Shown here: in pieces, positions 59,385-64,000 of the stretch | How the letters are laid out: the number at the start of each line of letters is the position of its first letter | Numbering within the stretch: position 1 is the first letter of the stretch | Notes under the pieces: generated by a model | What the model saw: only the letters and a program-made list of their open reading frames with translations | What the model was told of the DNA's origin: nothing | Databases searched by the model: none | Assembly (NCBI GenBank): GCA_965223905.1 | Contig: CBDCXV010000001.1 | Location: 576,001 to 640,000 of the forward strand | DNA: 64,000 nt | DNA from: Candidatus Latescibacterota bacterium | Lineage (GTDB): Bacteria; Latescibacterota; UBA2968; UBA8231 | Reading direction: 5' to 3' | Program-made: the position numbers and the translations under genes

Positions 59385-61367
59385 ACGCCCACTCGATTGA
59401 TCCTCTTCCTTGCACTGCTTCCGCTGGCCACACTCGTGGAAGCCGGTCGCCCAGCATCTTCCAGTTTCGCCTCATCTCTGAAAGATTGGTCTTTCCAATC
59501 CCTGCTTGCCCCCGAGGACGGGAACCCCTCCGGCACTCTCCTCGACGAACTTTCCGGGGTGACGGCTACCGGCAAGGGGGTGATCGTCGGCATCATCGAC
59601 TCCGGTATCGACTGGCGCCATCCCGATTTCCGCGACCCTTCCGACAGCCTGCGCAGCCGTATCCTCAGCATCTGGGACACGAAGCATTACCTTGCGCTTG
59701 GCGCTGCATCGATGGAAGAGGGTCCGCCCCCGCCCGGGTTTGACTATGGCCGAGAGTGGAGACGCAACGAAATTGAAGCGGGACTCCGCGGCGAAATCCG
59801 TGGACCAGCACGCGATCCGGTTCTCGATCACGGGACCTATGTCGCCGGAATCGCCGCCGGCAACGGCAACGCCGATCCCCGATACCGGGGCATGGCACCC
59901 GATGCGGAAATCGTCGTGGTCACTGATGGCGAAGAATCGACCATATCCGACGCCCTCCGTTACATCTTTGAAGTTGCGGAGCGCGAAGGCCTTCCGGCGG
60001 TGGTGAATCTCAGCGGGGGTCTGGCTTGGGGCTACCGGGAAGAAAACCTGGAAGAGCTCTTTCGCGAGCAACCGGGCAGGGCCCTGGTCGCCGCGGCGGG
60101 CAACGTCGGCCAACAGCAGCATGTCCGCTTCGATCTGGAGGAGACCGCATACTACACGGTTTTTCAGACGCATGAGGAGGTTCCTCCGTTGTGGAAGTCG
60201 GAAGAAGTACCTGGGAGACGCTACCGTTGGCTTGTCGCCTACCACCAAGGCCCAGGAGAGGCCTGGGTCGGCACGGGCCGCTCCGAGGAGGAGATGGTCT
60301 GGCGTTCTTCGCATGAGGTTGCCGATCTGGGAGGGGAGCCGGACGGCCATCCCTTTCTCGTGGAAGATCCCGAGTACGTATTGGACAGCCTCGTGACGGC
60401 GACCGGCGATACCCTGGGGCGCACCGCCTGGTCGGGCCATCATGTCGGGGAAAACATCTGGCTGCAGATCGTGGTCGAGAACTGGATGCCGGAGCAATCG
60501 GATTGGCGGTTTGCGGCAAAGGGGAGCGGAGTGCTCCATGTCTGGGTGCGGTCAAGGGCCCCCTCGCAGGTACTGGATTCCCGGTCGATCGATGACCCGT
60601 ACTTCCAGCCATACGACAACCTCTACACCCTCTCCTATCCCTCTACGTCACCGGAAGTGATTTCGGTGGGCGCCTTTGCCAACCGGGTGCCGGATGCCTA
60701 CGAGAACCTGCAGGCCGGCGATCTGATGCCGTACTCATCGCGAGGTCCTTCCCTGGACGGCCTGCTGAAGCCCGACCTGATTGCTCCCAGTGTTCTGACC
60801 GCGGCGCGCAGCGGCGACTCGACCAGATACCGCGACGGCTTCGGCCGGGGAGGAGGCGGCACCAGCGCCGCGTCCCCCGTCGTTGCGGGGGCCGTTGCCC
60901 TCTACTTCGAGCGCTTTCCCCGGGCAACCAACCGCGAGGTCTGGCGGGCCCTCACGGAATCTGCCACATCCGACGAGTTCACCGGGGAGACCCCCAATTT
61001 CGACTGGGGGTACGGCAAGCTCGACGTCGCCGCCTTTCTGCAGGAACCGCCCACGGTGGTCGCGGTCGAACCCGGGGAGATTCGCCCCGCCGGCTTTTCG
61101 CTTGAGCAGAACTACCCCAACCCGTTTAACGGGAGCACATCGATCAGCTACCAGCTTCCGGGCCCCGGTGCGGTTGAGCTGATCCTCTATGACCTGCTGG
61201 GCCACCCAGTGCGGCGCCTAGTGTCGGAATACCAGGGAGCCGGGTTGCACGAAACCGCCTGGGACGGGGCCGATGACGAAGGGAAACAGGTCGCCAGCGG
61301 GGTATACCTGTACAAGCTGGAGGTGGGTGACCAACTGCTTTCGCGCCGTCTCGTTTTCGTTCGCTGA
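59385..61367 (+). CDS. S8 subtilase with a C-terminal FlgD-Ig/T9SS-type sorting domain
   Basis: Triad GIIDSG, HGTYVAG, GTSAASP; LEQNYPNPFN..GVYLYKL tail. Start uncertain (ACG 59385 or TTG 59397). Confidence 0.88.
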   Translation, partial: TPTRLILFLALLPLATLVEAGRPASSSFASSLKDWSFQSLLAPEDGNPSGTLLDELSGVTATGKGVIVGIIDSGIDWRHPDFRDPSDSLRSRILSIWDTKHYLALGAASMEEGPPPPGFDYGREWRRNEIEAGLRGEIRGPARDPVLDHGTYVAGIAAGNGNADPRYRGMAPDAEIVVVTDGEESTISDALRYIFEVAEREGLPAVVNLSGGLAWGYREENLEELFREQPGRALVAAAGNVGQQQHVRFDLEETAYYTVFQTHEEVPPLWKSEEVPGRRYRWLVAYHQGPGEAWVGTGRSEEEMVWRSSHEVADLGGEPDGHPFLVEDPEYVLDSLVTATGDTLGRTAWSGHHVGENIWLQIVVENWMPEQSDWRFAAKGSGVLHVWVRSRAPSQVLDSRSIDDPYFQPYDNLYTLSYPSTSPEVISVGAFANRVPDAYENLQAGDLMPYSSRGPSLDGLLKPDLIAPSVLTAARSGDSTRYRDGFGRGGGGTSAASPVVAGAVALYFERFPRATNREVWRALTESATSDEFTGETPNFDWGYGKLDVAAFLQEPPTVVAVEPGEIRPAGFSLEQNYPNPFNGSTSISYQLPGPGAVELILYDLLGHPVRRLVSEYQGAGLHETAWDGADDEGKQVASGVYLYKLEVGDQLLSRRLVFVR

Positions 61368-61403
61368 ACCCGCCGACACTGGGATTTTCGCGGGGAAGTC
61401 AAG

Positions 61404-63293
61404 ATGAAGCTCACCATTCTGAGTTTCCTTTCCCTGCTCACGCAGGTGCCCCTCACTGCGGCCGAAGTCCCCGCAACTCCAGGTACCTCACCTGCCCTGA
61501 ACGGGTTGTCTTTCCGTTCCCTGGTTGGTGCCGTGGAAGGAGAACCCTCCGGCAGCCTGCTCGAATCCCTGTCCGGGGTGACGGGCACGGGCAAGGGGGT
61601 GATCGTCGGCATCATCGACACTGGAATCGACTGGCGCCACCCCGACTTCCGCGACCCCGCCGACAGTCTGCGCAGCCGCATTCTCAGCATCTGGGACTCA
61701 GAGGGGACCCTGGTGGTGAAAGAGGGTCCGCCCCCTGATGGGTTCGACTACGGCCGGGAATGGACGCGTGACGAGATCGAGGCCGCGCTGCGCGGCGAGG
61801 CAGGCGGACCGCCGCGAGACCCCTACCGTCACGGGACCTTTGTCGCCGGCATCGCCGCGGGAAACGGCAACGCGGACTCGCGCTACCGGGGGATGGCTCC
61901 CGAATCGGAGATCGTCGTCGTCACTCTGGGGGTAATTGACGGTGCCCGCTACATATTCGGCCTGGCAGAGAAAAGAGGTCGGCCGGCTGTGGTGAACTAC
62001 AGCGGCGGAACTTCCCTTTCTCATGATGAGCGTAAAGAGTTGGAGATTCTCTTGCGAGAAAAACCGGGCCGGGCGCTGGTCGCCTCTGCGGGCAACGGGG
62101 GACAGGGTCTGCGCCACGCCCGTTTCGACCTGACCGCGGACCCTTCCTATACGATTTACCGGACGAGCCCAAGGGAGGAGGAGCCCGGGAGTGAATTGAT
62201 GCTCGAAGCTTATCATCAGGGTCCGGGGGAAGCCTGGATCGGGGCAGGGTTGTCCGAGGATGAAATGGTCTGGCGCTCCCTGGACGAGATAGCGGAAAGC
62301 GAATTCGAAGATGTAACCGACAGCCTGGGGACCGCGAAGGTCGTTTGGGCGGGTGGCTATGACGAGACGGACATCAAGCTGTTTATCCACATCGAGGACA
62401 CCAATCCCGAACCGGTGGAATGGCGGGTGGCGGCGAGAGGCAGCGGGGTATTCCACACCTGGCTCTGGTCCGGCGGACCGCTGGACGAACCTGTGCAGGG
62501 ACCGCTGGACGATCCGCTATACCGCCCCCGCGACAACTACTACACCCTCTCGTCCCCTTCCACCTTTCCGGAGGTCATCGCGGTCGGAGCCTTCGCCAAC
62601 CGGGACCTGGAGTTTCTTGCGGATACCTACCTGGACCTCTTCGACGACCTGAAAATCGGAGACCTCCTGCCGTTCTCATCCAGAGGGCCTGCCTTGGATG
62701 GCCTGCTCAAGCCCGACCTCGTGGCTCCGGGTGTGCTGACGGCGGCCTGGAGCGGTGATTCCACGAATTACCGGACCGCGGCGGGAACCAGCATTTCCGC
62801 GCCGGTCGTTTCCGGCGCCATGGCCCTCTACTTCGAGCGCATTCCCCGGGCCACCAACCGCGAGGTCTGGAGCGCCCTGACGGAATCGGCCGCTTCCGAC
62901 GGGTTTACCGGGGAGACCCCCAACCTCGACTGGGGGTACGGCAAGCTCGACGTCGCTGCCTTTCTGAAGGAACCGCCCACCGTGGTCGGCGCGGAGGCAA
63001 GGGACGTTCGCCCCGCTGGCTTTTCGCTTGAGCAGAACTACCCCAACCCGTTCAACGGGCGCACGACGTTCACCTACGAACTGCCGAAGCTTGGGAGGGT
63101 GGAGCTGACTCTCTACGATCTGCTGGGCCAGCCGGTGTGCCGCCTGGTGTCGGAGTACCAAGGCGCCGGGTTTCACCGTGTCGCGTGGGACGGAGCCGAT
63201 GACGAGGGGAACCAGGTCGCCAGCGGAGTATACCTGTACCGGCTGAAGGCGGGGAACCAGCAGCAGGCGCGGCGGCTCGTTCTCGTTCGCTAG
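61404..63293 (+). CDS. S8 subtilase with a C-terminal FlgD-Ig/T9SS-type sorting domain (tandem paralog)
   Basis: Signal peptide, GIIDTG, HGTFVAG, GTSISAP; LEQNYPNPFN..GVYLYRL tail. Confidence 0.9.
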   Translation: MKLTILSFLSLLTQVPLTAAEVPATPGTSPALNGLSFRSLVGAVEGEPSGSLLESLSGVTGTGKGVIVGIIDTGIDWRHPDFRDPADSLRSRILSIWDSEGTLVVKEGPPPDGFDYGREWTRDEIEAALRGEAGGPPRDPYRHGTFVAGIAAGNGNADSRYRGMAPESEIVVVTLGVIDGARYIFGLAEKRGRPAVVNYSGGTSLSHDERKELEILLREKPGRALVASAGNGGQGLRHARFDLTADPSYTIYRTSPREEEPGSELMLEAYHQGPGEAWIGAGLSEDEMVWRSLDEIAESEFEDVTDSLGTAKVVWAGGYDETDIKLFIHIEDTNPEPVEWRVAARGSGVFHTWLWSGGPLDEPVQGPLDDPLYRPRDNYYTLSSPSTFPEVIAVGAFANRDLEFLADTYLDLFDDLKIGDLLPFSSRGPALDGLLKPDLVAPGVLTAAWSGDSTNYRTAAGTSISAPVVSGAMALYFERIPRATNREVWSALTESAASDGFTGETPNLDWGYGKLDVAAFLKEPPTVVGAEARDVRPAGFSLEQNYPNPFNGRTTFTYELPKLGRVELTLYDLLGQPVCRLVSEYQGAGFHRVAWDGADDEGNQVASGVYLYRLKAGNQQQARRLVLVR

Positions 63294-63383
63294 CCCGAAT
63301 CGTTCACCGCAGCGGCGTCGAGGTGGCGCAATGGACGCCCCCAAACTCTGTATGCGGAACTTTTGTCATCAATCTTGCCAGCC

Positions 63384-63416
63384 ACGCATATTTACGCATA
63401 TTGCATCAATATGCGT
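63384..63416. promoter_or_regulatory. Probable vapBC operator
   Basis: ACGCATATT twice in direct orientation plus inverted AATATGCGT overlapping the start codon; TTGCCA at 63375. Confidence 0.55.
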
Positions 63417-63671
63417 ACCACCATCGATGTTCCCGATCACCTTCTGCGCCGCGCCAAGGCGGTTGCTTCGCTTCAGGGGAAAAGCCTGAAAGTCTTCGTG
63501 ACCGAAGCTCTCGAAGAGAGAGTGGCCAGCGCCGCCGGAGGGGGATTCGGCAGCCGCCGGGTCCAGCTCCCCCTGGTTCCCTCCAGCAATCCGGGTTCGG
63601 TCGATCTGGACCCCGAGGCCATCGCCGGCATCCTCGAGGCGGAGGAGGTCCGTGCACTTACCGGACGTTAA
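63411..63671 (+). CDS. VapB-like ribbon-helix-helix antitoxin
   Basis: MRTTIDVPDHLLRRAK..A..G.SLK..V.EAL; overlaps the PIN toxin gene. Confidence 0.85.
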   Translation: MRTTIDVPDHLLRRAKAVASLQGKSLKVFVTEALEERVASAAGGGFGSRRVQLPLVPSSNPGSVDLDPEAIAGILEAEEVRALTGR

Positions 63672-64000
63672 TCTCTGGCTCGCCCTCGCTTTCGAAGCCC
63701 ATATCCACCACCCGCGGGCGTTGCGTTGGTTCGACCAGACGACACCCGACTCCTGCGCCTTCAGCCGGCAGTCCCAGTCCGGTTTCCTGCGGCTGGCTAC
63801 GAATCCCGCCGTTTTCAAAACGGAAGCAGCTTCCATTCCTCGGGCCTGGTCGATGTTCGACCAGCTTCTCTCGGACGAACGGGTCTATTTCGCCCCCGAG
63901 CCCCCGGGCCTCGAGGCGGTGTGGCGCCGCTATACCGAACCGCACCCGTACTCCCATCGCGTCTGGAGTGACGCCTGTCTGGCCGCCTTTGCCGCCGTTG
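63652..64000 (+). CDS. VapC-family PIN toxin (partial; runs off the window)
   Basis: Hand translation from GTG after GGAGG: HLPDVNLWLAL..H.HH..A..WF..GFLRLATNP..WSDACLAAFA. Confidence 0.88.
   Translation, partial: MHLPDVNLWLALAFEAHIHHPRALRWFDQTTPDSCAFSRQSQSGFLRLATNPAVFKTEAASIPRAWSMFDQLLSDERVYFAPEPPGLEAVWRRYTEPHPYSHRVWSDACLAAFAAV

Overview
A high-GC window from a Gram-negative bacterium. Type IX secretion-like C-terminal domains and TWGxLK protein tails suggest an FCB-group candidate lineage such as Latescibacterota (inference only). Left to right it holds: (1) a sigma54/NtrC-controlled MacAB/FtsX-type ABC operon with at least five tandem ~800-aa permeases, two ATPases and one periplasmic adaptor; (2) decayed toxin-antitoxin remnants; (3) housekeeping and envelope genes (Lpd-family oxidoreductase, TrmH, COG3014-LpoB, pdxST, a flippase, a CNNM protein, tRNA-Glu, an amidase operon); (4) a candidate conflict island with an NYN-cold-shock RNase, a collapsed HipA-like kinase, a four-unit palindromic operator and a translationally coupled pair of STAND-like ATPases; (5) a UbiD decarboxylase; (6) an N-methylglutamate/sarcosine oxidase + GmaS-like operon preceded by a putative tnaC-like leader peptide and C-rich tract; (7) acnA; (8) a PAS/NarL two-component system followed by a secreted-protein locus (CxxC thioredoxin, 8-Cys secreted protein, two TWGxLK-tailed proteins, two T9SS-tailed S8 proteases); (9) a vapBC pair. 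The best candidates for undescribed systems are the leader-peptide attenuator, the paired ATPase system, the TWGxLK/disulfide secretion locus and a recurring pattern of gene 3'-end duplications at insertions. All assignments come from reading motifs by eye; no searches were run.
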